Below are positions 18,899 through 30,727 of a DNA stretch of 60,474 nt, piece by piece. This stretch comes from a virus (lineage: Duplodnaviria; Caudoviricetes): positions 1-60,474 of the IMG/VR virus record IMGVR_UViG_3300008267_000327. One strand, 5' to 3'. Both the position numbers and the translations under genes were made by a program. Below the pieces are notes generated by a model, which saw nothing but the letters and a program-made list of their open reading frames with translations, was not told the origin of the DNA and made no database searches. Every line of letters begins with the position of its first letter. Within the stretch, counting starts at the first letter, position 1.

Positions 18899-21800
18899 TG
18901 GCAACAACAATAAAATCAACAAAATATTTTTACCCACCAAGACCTGGTAGTGGTTCTGCAACCTTTTCTGACAATATAGTTGGTTTACAGCTTGTTGATG
19001 GGGGAGGTCTCACACAGGGTAATTTTGAGTTTACAACGGGGGTTGTTGATAAGGTAAACAGAACTTTCGGCGTTGGTGCATTTTCTGCTCCGGTTAATTT
19101 GGCCGATTTAAACATTGAAAGTTTATCACAAAGTAAATTAATATCTGAACAGTTCAAGGTATATCCCAACTATGATATTTCACAAGTATTAAATTTTTCT
19201 TTATATGGTTCTTTGTCTAAAAGATTCAGTGTTTCAATAACAAATATAATTAATTATTTTCCGGCGTCTTTGGATGTTTTATTTACCACTCTGAACTTCT
19301 CAACCGGAAACACTGCAGTTAATATTTTATATGATTCAGTAAATGATGAAACCTATTTTGAGGTAAATGTTGATAGAATTCATAATCCTTTTGGTATTGA
19401 TTATACGGCCAGCGCGGCAACCAACTTGGCCGCATCAACAACTGAAATATCACCATATAGAAATTTATATAATACTTATTTAGATTATGCGATTTCAATA
19501 AATGATGTTGAATATAAGGTAAATTCTTTTTTACCTGCTCAAAGTTTCACAACAGGTTATATTGCGTTTTACGTTTCAGGTTCACCATTTGGTAATACAT
19601 CAACCGCAACAACAAATAGTTTTCAAATAAGACCAAATGATTTTATTGTTGATAAAGTTTTTTCTGAAAGTTTTGATGAAATTGAAAAGTTTTTACTCAA
19701 TAGATTGGTTCAACCAATTTACACTGCGGTTTTTCAAGTTCCCGCTCAGAACAATTACGGACAATTCTATGTCGATTATCAACAAGTAACTTGGCCAAGA
19801 GACGGGGATTGGAACTTAGATATTAGGAGTTTTTTATTTGAAGATTATTTAACACAACTTCAACTAATCGCAGAGAATTTAGATTCTTTTAAAACTAATC
19901 TAATTTCTAGATTTTTAACTGCTGGTTCTCTTAAAGAGTTTGATACTATTGGTAGAAAAGTAGAAAAAGTTTTTCAAATCTACGGTAGAAGTTTTGACGA
20001 GATAAAAAAATATATTGACGGTCTTTCATTTGCAAACTCTGTCAATTATAATCCTCTTAATGATTTACCGTCAGAACTTTTAAGTGATTTAACTTATACA
20101 TTAGGTTGGGGTGCAAATTTTTCACCAATAACAAATGAAAATTATTTAAGTTCGGTGTTTGGTAACCAACAAAAACCAAACTATCCGGGATATGCAAAAG
20201 CTCTAACACCAACCGAGTTAAACTATGCTTTTTATCGTAGTTTAATTTTGAATTCGTCATATGTTTTTAAATCTAAAGGGACAAGAAGAAGTGTTGAGTT
20301 TTTATTAAATTTAATTGGTGCACCAGAATCACTCGTTGAATATAATGAACATGTATATTTGGCGGACCAAAAAATAGATTTAGAAAACTTTCAAAAACAA
20401 TTTGCTAAAATATCAGGAGGAACACAGGTAATTGAAACTCCGGCATATGACCCGGGAAACACTTTCAAAATTAATGGTATAGAGTTTACTGCATTTACAA
20501 CGGTTAATGAGTTTAGAGATGTTATTGTAAATGAGTCTGATTACCCTATGGATGCTCAAGGATTTCCGTATGCACCATTAGATACTGATTCTGTGTTTTT
20601 CCAAAAAGGCGCTGGATGGTATGAACAAACCCCTTCACACAGAAGTCCTGAAGAGTTGGTTATTACGGGTAATGTTTTTACAGGTCAAAATACAAGTATA
20701 CAAACACAACTTAAACCGTTTAGCTATGGTCAAGAATATTTAAATGTTTTTAGAAAGTTCCCATATATAAATGATGGGTTTAAACTAACTAAAATTATAG
20801 ACAATAATAAGTCTTGGCTTTCGGATGATAATAACCTTAGAATTTCTAATCAAGCCAATTATAATGCGTATTACTATACCGACGATGAGAAGTTAGTTTT
20901 GAATGTAAAAAATATAGATTTATTTCTTAATCCCGGACAAGGACTTTCGTATGAAATTTGGGAACAATCAAGAAGGTATGATTATCCGATTCCTGAAAGT
21001 GGACTAACAGAATATTATCCTGTTCCTGGCGGAGTAGACTCAACATTTGTTAATCCCCAACCAAAAAAGAAAACTTTCTTTGAGTTTTCACAAACTTTTT
21101 GGCAAAACATGATTAATACTCGTAATCGATTATTCATAACCGATGGAAAGACAGGTGGATACCCAACATTACAATCTTTATGGTGGAAATATATCCAACA
21201 ATATGAAAATATTGGGATTCAAAATTATCAATACACTTATCAAAAACTAATTAGTTATGTTATTGGTATGGGTCCATATTGGTTAAAGTTGGTTGAACAA
21301 ATGATTCCGGCAACTACAATATGGCAAGGAGGTATAAGGTATGAAAATTCTATACTTCATAGACAAAAATTTGTTTATAGAAGAAATAGAGAATGTGAAA
21401 TCAGAAGTTCATTATTACCTAGAGGAGGTAAAGGTGTACCAGGCTCATTTAAACCGGGTGCAAATCCGTTGACAATACCTTTTTCAATAACAACAAACGC
21501 AACAGAGTATACCGCAAATAATCAATTTCTACAAATTTTTATTTACCCTTGGTTGAATGGAGATACAAGTGTATCCAATTTCATGGGTATTTTGAATAAT
21601 AGAGTAAATTCTTTATTGGAATCGAATGGATACACCATTACAACATGTAACAATATAAATTCTTTAGTCTCTGAGTGGTATATGGAATTGAAAATTGATA
21701 ACCAAGTTTTAATTAAAGAGAAATTTTATACTGGTTACGGTCCTAATGACGCACCAACCAATACAAATTGGAAAACAACTCTTTATAATTACTTACCAAA

Positions 21801-21933
21801 TGTTGTAACGTATGGATTGAATTATTCAATCGAAGGTGAAAAACTAAAAATATCAAATTTGGGTAATAACCAAAATTTTGTCAATCAAAATTTGACATTA
21901 AACGTGGGTATAAATTTAAATCTAACTTGTTAA
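18898..21933 (+). CDS. baseplate wedge-like protein (P2 gpI/T4 gp7-like motif)
   Basis: LPSELL..LGW..FKSKGTRRSVEFLLNLIG. Confidence 0.65.
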   Translation: MATTIKSTKYFYPPRPGSGSATFSDNIVGLQLVDGGGLTQGNFEFTTGVVDKVNRTFGVGAFSAPVNLADLNIESLSQSKLISEQFKVYPNYDISQVLNFSLYGSLSKRFSVSITNIINYFPASLDVLFTTLNFSTGNTAVNILYDSVNDETYFEVNVDRIHNPFGIDYTASAATNLAASTTEISPYRNLYNTYLDYAISINDVEYKVNSFLPAQSFTTGYIAFYVSGSPFGNTSTATTNSFQIRPNDFIVDKVFSESFDEIEKFLLNRLVQPIYTAVFQVPAQNNYGQFYVDYQQVTWPRDGDWNLDIRSFLFEDYLTQLQLIAENLDSFKTNLISRFLTAGSLKEFDTIGRKVEKVFQIYGRSFDEIKKYIDGLSFANSVNYNPLNDLPSELLSDLTYTLGWGANFSPITNENYLSSVFGNQQKPNYPGYAKALTPTELNYAFYRSLILNSSYVFKSKGTRRSVEFLLNLIGAPESLVEYNEHVYLADQKIDLENFQKQFAKISGGTQVIETPAYDPGNTFKINGIEFTAFTTVNEFRDVIVNESDYPMDAQGFPYAPLDTDSVFFQKGAGWYEQTPSHRSPEELVITGNVFTGQNTSIQTQLKPFSYGQEYLNVFRKFPYINDGFKLTKIIDNNKSWLSDDNNLRISNQANYNAYYYTDDEKLVLNVKNIDLFLNPGQGLSYEIWEQSRRYDYPIPESGLTEYYPVPGGVDSTFVNPQPKKKTFFEFSQTFWQNMINTRNRLFITDGKTGGYPTLQSLWWKYIQQYENIGIQNYQYTYQKLISYVIGMGPYWLKLVEQMIPATTIWQGGIRYENSILHRQKFVYRRNRECEIRSSLLPRGGKGVPGSFKPGANPLTIPFSITTNATEYTANNQFLQIFIYPWLNGDTSVSNFMGILNNRVNSLLESNGYTITTCNNINSLVSEWYMELKIDNQVLIKEKFYTGYGPNDAPTNTNWKTTLYNYLPNVVTYGLNYSIEGEKLKISNLGNNQNFVNQNLTLNVGINLNLTC

Positions 21934-21936
21934 TAA

Positions 21937-24093
21937 ATGGCTTTAAGTTATAATCTTAGTGTAGTTGGAGACTGTAATCTAAGTGGAACAGGTGTAATCA
22001 CCATTTCATCGATTTTTGGAGGGACACCACCATACACAGTTCAATGGACAAGTCCAAATTTGAACTATGACGTTGGGTCGGCAACAGGATTTACATCATC
22101 GAGAACAAACCTGTTTTCGAGAACATACGAGATTTTAATAACCGACAGTTCACTACCACAAAATAATTTTTTGAATGTTTCCGTTCCTATATCTGATGGT
22201 GTATGTTGTTATGTTTCAGGGGTTCAACATACTACTTGCGGGTTAAACAATGGAATAGTAACAGGAACTTCATCTTCCGATTTTTCGAACACAATTTTTA
22301 CGTTGTATGATAATAACGATAATCCTTTACAAACTGAAACTATAACATCAAATAATGCTTTATTTGTTAATTTAAGTGCCGGAAGTTATTATATGACAGC
22401 GGTTGATGTCGGAGGTTGCACAGGAAGAAGTGAAAGTTTTATTATCGAGAGTTCAAACTCTTTGGATTACGGTTTATATGTTGTTTCCGATTCTTCATGT
22501 GATATAACACCGGTAGGTAAAATATTCGTTACAGGACAAACAGGGGCCCCACCATACATATACGAATGGAATAATGGTTTTTCGGGTGATAGTATCACTG
22601 GTATTTCTAGCGGTAATTATTCAGTCACTGTTACAGACTCTAACGGATGTTCAAAAACAACCGCAACATTTGTTGATAAAGTAATTCCGGTTAATGTAAT
22701 ATCAACAACCGCAACACAGCCAACATGTCTATCGAATGACGGTTCATTCACTATGTTAATAAGTGGAGGAACACCACCGTATTACTATTCTGCCAGTACT
22801 GGAGACATTCAAATTTCTTACTCCAATCAATATACACTTAATGGGTTAGGTGGAGGATTTTATTTTGTAGAGGTTACCGACGCCGCTTTCTGTAAAACAA
22901 ATTCCTCAGTTGTAATTATATCTCCAACAGGAATGAGTTCAGTAAATGTTGTGATAAATAATTCATCATGTTCATCGACAGATGGTTCAATACAAGTTAA
23001 TGTTGAGGGAGGAAATTCGCCTTACACTTATACTTTGATTTATCCTGATAGTAGTTCCAAAACAAACTCAACAACACAACCTAATTTTCAATTCAGTGAT
23101 TTATCAACAGGAACCTACACCCTTTTTGTTTCAGATTACTCAGGTTGCACATTTTCAGAAGAATACAGTGTTTTAACAAATAATACATTTGTTGTTTATG
23201 GTCTATCTACAGGTGCGACTTTCGGAAACAACAATGGTATTGTAAAAATTATCAAAACAAGTGGGGGAACAATACCATATACATATTCGATAGACAACAC
23301 AATAAACGATTTAAGAAATCCCTCTGATGAGGCAATATTCTTTAATATTTCACCGGGTCAACATACAATATCTGTAACAGATTCATTGGGATGTAAAAAA
23401 ACCGCACAAATTTATGTAGATAATTTACCTTCGGTGGATTTTTATCTTAATGCAAAATCAGCAGGTAGTGGTAATGACGGAGAAATAACCGCATTTATAA
23501 GTTCTGGAACTCCACCATTTACATTCGATTGGTCTGATAATGTTTCAGGAAACCCTCAAAGTATCAAAGTCACAGGTCTAAGTGGAGGGACTTACAGTCT
23601 AACGGTTACCGATTCAAATAATTCAACATTACAAAGGACGGTCGATATTGCACAAATCAATGTGTTTTCTTCTTATGAAACATACGTAGTTGGGGAAAAT
23701 AATTTTCAATCTAACACTAATTCAAAATATAGTATGTCTAAAATGTTGAATGAAGGATATGAAGATTTAACTGTTGGTCATAGTGGTTGCACACTTAACA
23801 GTGCAAATTTTATTGCGAATATTCAAGTTGCACCATATGGAATTCAAAGTGCCACAACTTTTTATACCACTAACTCATTAACAAATGCTCCGGACGATAA
23901 TCTTTGGTTAGACACTGCAAAAAATTTATTAATGAGTATTACTGGGATTGGGGATGTTATAATAGATGAAGTCGAAAATACTTTTATAATAACTAGTGAT
24001 GTAAAAAATCAGTATCTTGTAAATGGAGACATATCGACCTTATCGATAAATTTGTCATTACGTGTAGAGTATGATATTGATTGTATGATATGA
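21937..24093 (+). CDS. SprB-repeat fibre/adhesin-like protein
   Basis: about seven repeats of the type C..DG.I...GGTPPY.Y.W...L..G.Y.V.VTDS.GC. Confidence 0.75.
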   Translation: MALSYNLSVVGDCNLSGTGVITISSIFGGTPPYTVQWTSPNLNYDVGSATGFTSSRTNLFSRTYEILITDSSLPQNNFLNVSVPISDGVCCYVSGVQHTTCGLNNGIVTGTSSSDFSNTIFTLYDNNDNPLQTETITSNNALFVNLSAGSYYMTAVDVGGCTGRSESFIIESSNSLDYGLYVVSDSSCDITPVGKIFVTGQTGAPPYIYEWNNGFSGDSITGISSGNYSVTVTDSNGCSKTTATFVDKVIPVNVISTTATQPTCLSNDGSFTMLISGGTPPYYYSASTGDIQISYSNQYTLNGLGGGFYFVEVTDAAFCKTNSSVVIISPTGMSSVNVVINNSSCSSTDGSIQVNVEGGNSPYTYTLIYPDSSSKTNSTTQPNFQFSDLSTGTYTLFVSDYSGCTFSEEYSVLTNNTFVVYGLSTGATFGNNNGIVKIIKTSGGTIPYTYSIDNTINDLRNPSDEAIFFNISPGQHTISVTDSLGCKKTAQIYVDNLPSVDFYLNAKSAGSGNDGEITAFISSGTPPFTFDWSDNVSGNPQSIKVTGLSGGTYSLTVTDSNNSTLQRTVDIAQINVFSSYETYVVGENNFQSNTNSKYSMSKMLNEGYEDLTVGHSGCTLNSANFIANIQVAPYGIQSATTFYTTNSLTNAPDDNLWLDTAKNLLMSITGIGDVIIDEVENTFIITSDVKNQYLVNGDISTLSINLSLRVEYDIDCMI

Positions 24094-24368
24094 AACAAAT
24101 TCAAATATCCACTATATCAGGAGAGACACCAATAGATGTATATATCTCAGATTATTTGAGAACTAATCAATTATTATTAGGAAGTATCAATAGTCCAACT
24201 TCTTTACCTATAAATTCATCGTTATTTAATACAATGGATAATGTATTATTAATCATGAGTGCATCAAATGGATGTCAAACAATAAAACTACTCCCCTGCA
24301 CACCACAACCTAGCTCGACATCTTATCCAACACCAACCCCAACACCGACTCCAACACCAACCTTTTAA
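24090..24368 (+). CDS. small module-A protein with a PT tail
   Basis: ATG at 24090 overlaps the upstream TGA; ISGETPIDVY..NGC followed by PT repeats. Confidence 0.7.
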   Translation: MKQIQISTISGETPIDVYISDYLRTNQLLLGSINSPTSLPINSSLFNTMDNVLLIMSASNGCQTIKLLPCTPQPSSTSYPTPTPTPTPTPTF

Positions 24369-24541
24369 GATTTATCTTTTTTATTTTGTTCCTTTTCGTA
24401 AAGTTTCAATAATTTCAAAGAATCTTTATAATTCTTTTCTAATTTATCGATTTCTTCAACACTGACAAAATTTTCACAGGCAGAGTTATATCTTTCTTCC
24501 GCTTCTTTTATAATTTTTTTTATTGTTTTTAACAACTTCAT
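24365..24541 (-). CDS. 58-aa protein not in the ORF track
   Basis: MKLLKTIKKIIKEAEERYNSACENFVSVEEIDKLEKNYKDSLKLLKLYEKEQNKKDKS; minus-strand TATTTATA (24546-24553) lies 4 nt before its ATG; fills an otherwise empty gap. Confidence 0.75.
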   Translation of the reverse strand: MKLLKTIKKIIKEAEERYNSACENFVSVEEIDKLEKNYKDSLKLLKLYEKEQNKKDKS

Positions 24542-24650
24542 ATAATATAAATATTTTCAATCAGTTGTTTATTAAAAATAAAGAAATTCTATAATTATTA
24601 AGTATTAAAAAATACTTTTCCTGTTATTTATAAAAGAAGAAATTTAAAAT

Positions 24651-27600
24651 ATGGCACCTAGTGGTTGTTATTACGTTGGAATTTTGACCTACAGCTTGAG
24701 TGGTTGTCAAGATGCGTGCTTATCAGTAACCGGAAATGGTTATTATTCCGATTTCATAGTTTTAGCAACTAATGCAACTATTTTTACTGATTCAGGGTGC
24801 ACAACCACTGCTCCGTCGGGTTATTATTCAAATACTTTATCTGCGGGAACTTTGTGTTATACCGTTGGTTTGAGTGGGTTAGTTACTTCCGTGTCAACTT
24901 GTTTTGCAACACCAACCCCAAGCCCAACACAAACACCAACAGTTACACCGACTAGTGTTTTTACAACACAATTTGTGAGTTGTGAAGATGGTTCGAATAT
25001 TTTTAGATTCAGAGGTAGTTCAATACCAACCACAACCGGTAATACTTATTTCATAAGTGGTGGGACTGAATTCGTCGGTTGTGCGACAATAATTCAAAAT
25101 GATGGTAGAGGACCATTGTTGGATTCAAACGGAGTAATTTTCACATCGGTCAACGATTGTGGAGATGGATTATGTCCTAGAACCACAAGGACCGCTTCTA
25201 TACTTTCGAGATGTTCTGACGGACAAATTGTTTATTTCAATGTAGATACAGATACTGCGTTTATCGGTGCCACATACACATATCAAGGAGAATGTTATTC
25301 CTTTATAAAATTTGACGGACCCGGAGGACCATATATTGGTTCCCCACAGTTCAAAGATTGTATATCTTGTTCATTCACACCAACACCAACCCCAACACCA
25401 TTTCCAACACAAACAGTAACTCCATCAGTTTCCTCGTCACCAACCTCTTGTGCATATAACGAATTTTGTTTCAATACCTCTCTATTTAGTTTATCGGGAT
25501 TCAATGGTAATTACCAATCCACACAAAATTATTATAATAGTAGATTATATTACACAGGAGATGGAATCACCACAGGTTTTATATATCATACAGGGACTCA
25601 ATGGTGTTTGAGTAGTTCTTTAGGCGGAACTTGTCAATTGAAAGGTAAAAGTCCTTGTTATTCAAACTGTCCTGACATATCTTCAAATAATTTTGTTAGT
25701 GGACTTTGTCCCACACCTACTCCATCACCTAATAATTGTTCAACATTAAATTTTGATGCTTATTTTGATTGTGATTATACCCCTATTCCAACACCGACAA
25801 CCAGTATAGATTGTGGAAATGTAGATTTTACTTTTTCCACAACTCCCGGAACACCATCACCAACAAATACATCAGTTTATACCGTTGGTTTAGATTTTAA
25901 TATATTCAAAACCTCACAAACACCAACACCTTCATTTACCGCGACTTTAACACCAACCCCAACTAATAGGGTTCAAATATCAGGTCAGGCGACATTTACA
26001 ATTATTGATTCAACATTTGACTCACCTATTACTAAAGTATTGGTTAGCTGTTTCACAGGTGAAGAATATTATGTTACAAATCAGTTGATTTTTGAATCAA
26101 CAATAGTTTCACTTGGGTTTATAATGTCTGTGTTAATTATTACACCTTCCGGAAATCAATACCTATGTGTAAGATATGATAGAGATGTAACTAATTTATC
26201 ACCAAACTCAAATGTTATACAAATTTATTCAATTTATGGAAACTGTGACTCATGTGATATCAGAATAACACAAACTCCAACAGTTACACCAACACTAACC
26301 TCAACCCCGACTCAAACAACTACAAACACCCGGACTCCAACATCCACACCAACACAAACACAAACCCTTACACCATCTGTCACAATAGGACTCACCCCAA
26401 CTATGACCCCTTCAAATACAGAAACTTTGACACCTACACCAACTAATACTATGACATCAACACCAACTAATTCTAACACACAAACGCAAACCCCTTCGCA
26501 AACAATAACCGTAACTCCAACCAAAACTATAACTAAAACACCAACACAAACTAAAACATCTCAAGTCACACCAACACAAACTAAAACACAGACTACAACT
26601 CCAACAAATACTGTGACTTCAACAACCACACCTACAATTACAAAAACACCAACAATAACACCAACTATCACAGCAACGATAACTAATACTGCAACGATAA
26701 CTAAGACACCAACACCATCTAATACCGCAACGCATACAAAAACTCCGACACACACTCAGACGCCAACGCCATCTTTTACTATCGGTATAACACCTTCTGA
26801 AACGGCTAAGACCACTGTAACACCAACTAAGACACCAACTAACACACCAAGTCAGACGACAACAATGACACCATCAACGACTAGAACTGTGGCATTCAGA
26901 ACTACTTGGCAAGACCCTAATGGTATACAAACAATTGCGGAATTACCATTACTTAATTATCCTGCCGCTTTCCCGTTAGTCGTAAATTGGGGAGATGGAA
27001 CTGATTCAACACTTACATCTTATACTGACCCTGAAGTAGTTCACATGTATGGTGATGGAAACGCATATCAAGTGACTATTGTTGATAGTTTGAAATATGT
27101 TTTTAGTTTCGGTTTATCATCTTTATCTCAAGAAAGAAAAAATATGTTGAAGAGTGTAGATGAGTGGGGTATGTTTGAGGCGTTCACTACAACAAGACTT
27201 TTTGAAGGTTGTGAAAATCTAAATTGTGCTAGTGTTATAGATATTCCTTCATTCAATAATACTTTTGATTTAAACAAAATGTTCTATGATTGCACCGGAT
27301 TAACATCTATCAATCTTGTTGAGAATTGGGACGTATCACCGGTAACGGGAACGACCTATATGTTCTACAATACCAATTTCAACATATCTGAATTGAATTC
27401 TTGGGATACTTCTAACATTATAAACATGAGTTATATGTTCGGTAGTAATCCATCTTTTAATTCTGATATCACCCAATGGAATGTGTCAAATGTTACAAAT
27501 ATGAGTGGAATGTTCTCTGATACTAATTCATTCAACCAAGACCTTTCAACATGGGAAAGCAGTGGTTCAAGTTTAAGTGCGGTTACAAATATGTCAAATA

Positions 27601-27875
27601 TGTTTAATGGTGCTTTATCATTTGACCAAGACTTAGGTGGTTGGAACATATCTAATGTTTCTAACTTCAGTGGATTCATGAGCGGTGGGGTTCCTTTGAG
27701 AACGGCTTTCTTAGATTCCATTTATACAAATTGGAGCACATTATCAGTTCAACCAAACTTAAATCCTGTCTCATTCGACGGAATTTATTATTCAATCAGT
27801 GGAGGACAGGCTGGGAGGGATGTGTTAACAAACGCACCCAATAACTGGACTATAATAGATGCCGGAGGAATTTAA
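24651..27875 (+). CDS. modular fibre-like protein: Cys-rich domains, Thr/Pro stalk, PKD-like motif, DUF285/BspA-like repeats
   Basis: TPT repeats; VNWGDG; [34 protein letters not shown] repeats; TATTTATA at 24625-24632. Confidence 0.8.
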   Translation: MAPSGCYYVGILTYSLSGCQDACLSVTGNGYYSDFIVLATNATIFTDSGCTTTAPSGYYSNTLSAGTLCYTVGLSGLVTSVSTCFATPTPSPTQTPTVTPTSVFTTQFVSCEDGSNIFRFRGSSIPTTTGNTYFISGGTEFVGCATIIQNDGRGPLLDSNGVIFTSVNDCGDGLCPRTTRTASILSRCSDGQIVYFNVDTDTAFIGATYTYQGECYSFIKFDGPGGPYIGSPQFKDCISCSFTPTPTPTPFPTQTVTPSVSSSPTSCAYNEFCFNTSLFSLSGFNGNYQSTQNYYNSRLYYTGDGITTGFIYHTGTQWCLSSSLGGTCQLKGKSPCYSNCPDISSNNFVSGLCPTPTPSPNNCSTLNFDAYFDCDYTPIPTPTTSIDCGNVDFTFSTTPGTPSPTNTSVYTVGLDFNIFKTSQTPTPSFTATLTPTPTNRVQISGQATFTIIDSTFDSPITKVLVSCFTGEEYYVTNQLIFESTIVSLGFIMSVLIITPSGNQYLCVRYDRDVTNLSPNSNVIQIYSIYGNCDSCDIRITQTPTVTPTLTSTPTQTTTNTRTPTSTPTQTQTLTPSVTIGLTPTMTPSNTETLTPTPTNTMTSTPTNSNTQTQTPSQTITVTPTKTITKTPTQTKTSQVTPTQTKTQTTTPTNTVTSTTTPTITKTPTITPTITATITNTATITKTPTPSNTATHTKTPTHTQTPTPSFTIGITPSETAKTTVTPTKTPTNTPSQTTTMTPSTTRTVAFRTTWQDPNGIQTIAELPLLNYPAAFPLVVNWGDGTDSTLTSYTDPEVVHMYGDGNAYQVTIVDSLKYVFSFGLSSLSQERKNMLKSVDEWGMFEAFTTTRLFEGCENLNCASVIDIPSFNNTFDLNKMFYDCTGLTSINLVENWDVSPVTGTTYMFYNTNFNISELNSWDTSNIINMSYMFGSNPSFNSDITQWNVSNVTNMSGMFSDTNSFNQDLSTWESSGSSLSAVTNMSNMFNGALSFDQDLGGWNISNVSNFSGFMSGGVPLRTAFLDSIYTNWSTLSVQPNLNPVSFDGIYYSISGGQAGRDVLTNAPNNWTIIDAGGI
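26268..26887 (+). repeat. Thr/Pro-rich low-complexity coding repeat (about 200 aa)
   Basis: degenerate TPT(Q/K/N/V)T units; DNA rich in ACACCAAC. Confidence 0.9.
27270..27680 (+). repeat. DUF285 / surface-protein ~25-aa leucine-rich-like repeats
   Basis: FN.D...W.VS.VT.M..MF-type units, about five copies. Confidence 0.8.
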
Positions 27876-27892
27876 AAAAATAAAAAAAAGTT

Positions 27893-28678
27893 ATGTCCAA
27901 AGTATACGTTTATGAAAGTTGTGAACCCTTAATTAAGGTTACAAACAAGTTGACTCAAGTTGTGCAAACTGAAAGGTTGAGGTTTACTTATACACAAGGA
28001 ACAATTTTCAAAGACAATGGAGGTATATGTTGGAATTTTATTGGTGAATTTGAAAGTGATTACATGTCCAATCCGGAAGTTTTTACCGTCAATTATAAAG
28101 GAAATTATTTTGAAAAAACCGGAAATTTATCATCCAATATATTCCCAACTTATGACGAGTGTCTAACAACTAACTTAAGTTCTTGCACACAGACATATTT
28201 TAGTGCAACAAGATGTAATAGTGGAAATACAGTTAACGTTAGAGTTTGTAATGTAGGACCAACAAATGGTAACGTAAAGTTATTACCAACAATAGGTCAA
28301 ACATGTGGCGTGTATAATCCTAGTGGAGATGATTTTTGTGTAACATTGAATTCACAAATTTCTGAGGTTGAAACTGAATACGAAATTATTACACCGGGTT
28401 GGTTGAATTATGACTGTGTTAATTGTCCAAGTTTGAAAACTTATATAGCGAACAGTTGTGATGGTAGCATTACGGGAGTTACAATTTATGACTATTTAAC
28501 GTCACAAACTTTGAGTGATAACACAGTAGTTTCAACTTTTACAAATAAAGGATGTTATGAGATAATATCTTATGAAGGTATAAAAATTATTTATGGATAT
28601 AATATATCAAACTCATATTTTATTTCGAGAACTTTCAACAACTGCGAAAGTTGTCAGATAAATAATTTAAACGCATAA
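27893..28678 (+). CDS. Cys-rich modular protein
   Basis: three (Y/F)...(S/R)C.....C..C units. Confidence 0.65.
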   Translation: MSKVYVYESCEPLIKVTNKLTQVVQTERLRFTYTQGTIFKDNGGICWNFIGEFESDYMSNPEVFTVNYKGNYFEKTGNLSSNIFPTYDECLTTNLSSCTQTYFSATRCNSGNTVNVRVCNVGPTNGNVKLLPTIGQTCGVYNPSGDDFCVTLNSQISEVETEYEIITPGWLNYDCVNCPSLKTYIANSCDGSITGVTIYDYLTSQTLSDNTVVSTFTNKGCYEIISYEGIKIIYGYNISNSYFISRTFNNCESCQINNLNA

Positions 28679-28701
28679 AAACTAAAATATTTGTTTATCC
28701 A

Positions 28702-28923
28702 ATGGGAATACAGGTAAATATCAATGGAATTACGGGTCAAAGTCCTTTCAACATATATATTTGTTTGACAGGTGGAACGCAATGTATTTTTATAGATAAA
28801 ACAGAAAATAATACATATCAATTTTTAATACCACCACCTTACGATACTTTATCATCATATATGTTAAAAATAATCGATGGAAATAATTCGATAATAACCG
28901 GACAAACAATAGTTACAGGATAA
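28702..28923 (+). CDS. stand-alone module-A protein
   Basis: ITGQSPFNIYIC..C..YMLKIID. Confidence 0.7.
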   Translation: MGIQVNINGITGQSPFNIYICLTGGTQCIFIDKTENNTYQFLIPPPYDTLSSYMLKIIDGNNSIITGQTIVTG

Positions 28924-29570
28924 TGAGCCAATTAATAACCATATCAAATATAACCGCTAATACACCATTTGAAATTTATTATTGTGACTCAATGAGTGCT
29001 AATTGTATCTATGTCACATCGGCGTCTACAACACCAATAACCTTTTCAGTTCCTGATTCTGCATCAACGACCGATTTTATTATAAAAATAATAGATGTAG
29101 AAAATTGTGAGATAGGTAAAGAGGTTTATATAACGCCAACACCTACAAGTAGTTTGACTAGAACCCCTACACCAACTTTAACACAAACACCAACTTTAAC
29201 ACAAACAAATACTTCCACTCCAACCTATACACCCTCAAATACTTATACTCCATCTGTTACACCTACATTAACCAAAACACCAACAACAACACCTGTGATT
29301 TCCACACATCTCATAGGGAAAAATACATTTAATACGTCGATAGATGTTTGTAACGATTTAGTATCCCAAACAGAATATTATACTTACATATCAGAAGCAA
29401 ATATAGAACCAATAATTAGTGTTATTGTTTATAGTGCCAGTGCAAATGGTGTTCTATATAATCCTGTAATTGGTTATGGAAAATATGTAAAAATGAAATG
29501 GGGTAATGAATACTATGCTACGCAATTAAGTAATACAGGTCAAATAACTGATTTTGTGTTATGTGTTTAA
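28923..29570 (+). CDS. module A + TP linker + module B protein
   Basis: ITANTPFEIYYCD..C..IIKIID..C, then TPT repeats. Confidence 0.75.
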   Translation: MSQLITISNITANTPFEIYYCDSMSANCIYVTSASTTPITFSVPDSASTTDFIIKIIDVENCEIGKEVYITPTPTSSLTRTPTPTLTQTPTLTQTNTSTPTYTPSNTYTPSVTPTLTKTPTTTPVISTHLIGKNTFNTSIDVCNDLVSQTEYYTYISEANIEPIISVIVYSASANGVLYNPVIGYGKYVKMKWGNEYYATQLSNTGQITDFVLCV

Positions 29571-29584
29571 AAAAAAAATAGAAA

Positions 29585-30709
29585 ATGAGTTGTCAAAACG
29601 TTAGTTTAATTTATTTAGGACCAGATTTTAATGGTGACCCGTGCACATATAACGGAACTTCAGCCGTGGACTATTACTACAACGGTTTTTTTAATATAGG
29701 AGAACAAATTTTTAACACTTTTCCGTGTTCACCTGAAGACGGGGTAAAAGACGGAATGTATATATATGGTGCAGGTGATAATAGAGTTTATATTGTTGTT
29801 GGTTTTTCAGGTGGTTTGGATGGTGTTATACAAGTTACAGGAACTTGTTACAGTTGTGCTATCGGATTAATAAAAAATAGTTCATTTTATTCTTATTATG
29901 ATTGTTGTGGTGAATATGTAGAAGGCACAGTTACCGACGTTAGTTCAATAACTGTAAATCTTGATATAACAAGACCATATACAAGAAATACTATAGTTGT
30001 TGTGCAACCCCCATCTAAAATTGAACCTATTTGTGCGACAGTCACACCAACCCCAACACCAACAAGAACCTTAACACCAACACCTAGTGTCACAGTTACT
30101 GCAACTGTTTCAAGAACACCAAGACCAACACCAACACCAACTCAAACACCGAGTAATGCGAAAATTGTCCCTGTTGTTGTTAACACTTGTGATTCAAATA
30201 CTTTATTCCCAATGGAGGTCGAGTGTTATACAATCAGTAACCCAACAACAAATTTAAGTTCTGATGGGGCAATAGGGATAAATATTCTTGGAGGACAAGG
30301 ACCATACAATGTTACATGGGCTTATGACGGTAGTAAAGGAACTACTTTATCTAATTTACCTCAAGGAAGTTATCCGGTCCAAGTGATAGATGCTTACGGT
30401 GATTTTAACCAAACAGTTATTTGTAAGTTAGGTTCAGATTTAACTTGTAGTCTCAGTGGAACTTGCACAGAGGTTCTTGGATGTGATTTGAATATAAGTA
30501 TATCGGTAAGAAATAGAACTTATAATAATAATGACGGTGCTTTATTTGTTACAATTCAAAACTCTTATAGTGTTCCGTCCATTTTATGGAGTCCCGGTGG
30601 ACAAACAACATCTTTTATTGATGGTTTACCAAAAGGTGTATACACGGTTACCGTCCAAGATACAAAAGTTCAGGGTTGTATAAAAACATTATCATACACA
30701 TTAAATTAA
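29585..30709 (+). CDS. Cys-rich, TP-linker, SprB-repeat protein
   Basis: TPTPT linker; GGQGPYNVTW..LPQGSY and DGLPKGVYTVTV repeats. Confidence 0.7.
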   Translation: MSCQNVSLIYLGPDFNGDPCTYNGTSAVDYYYNGFFNIGEQIFNTFPCSPEDGVKDGMYIYGAGDNRVYIVVGFSGGLDGVIQVTGTCYSCAIGLIKNSSFYSYYDCCGEYVEGTVTDVSSITVNLDITRPYTRNTIVVVQPPSKIEPICATVTPTPTPTRTLTPTPSVTVTATVSRTPRPTPTPTQTPSNAKIVPVVVNTCDSNTLFPMEVECYTISNPTTNLSSDGAIGINILGGQGPYNVTWAYDGSKGTTLSNLPQGSYPVQVIDAYGDFNQTVICKLGSDLTCSLSGTCTEVLGCDLNISISVRNRTYNNNDGALFVTIQNSYSVPSILWSPGGQTTSFIDGLPKGVYTVTVQDTKVQGCIKTLSYTLN

Positions 30710-30727
30710 TATAATAAAAATAATTGA

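Noticed and set aside
26312-26755. Val/Gly-rich minus-strand ORFs
   Set aside because: Antisense shadows of the Thr/Pro repeat
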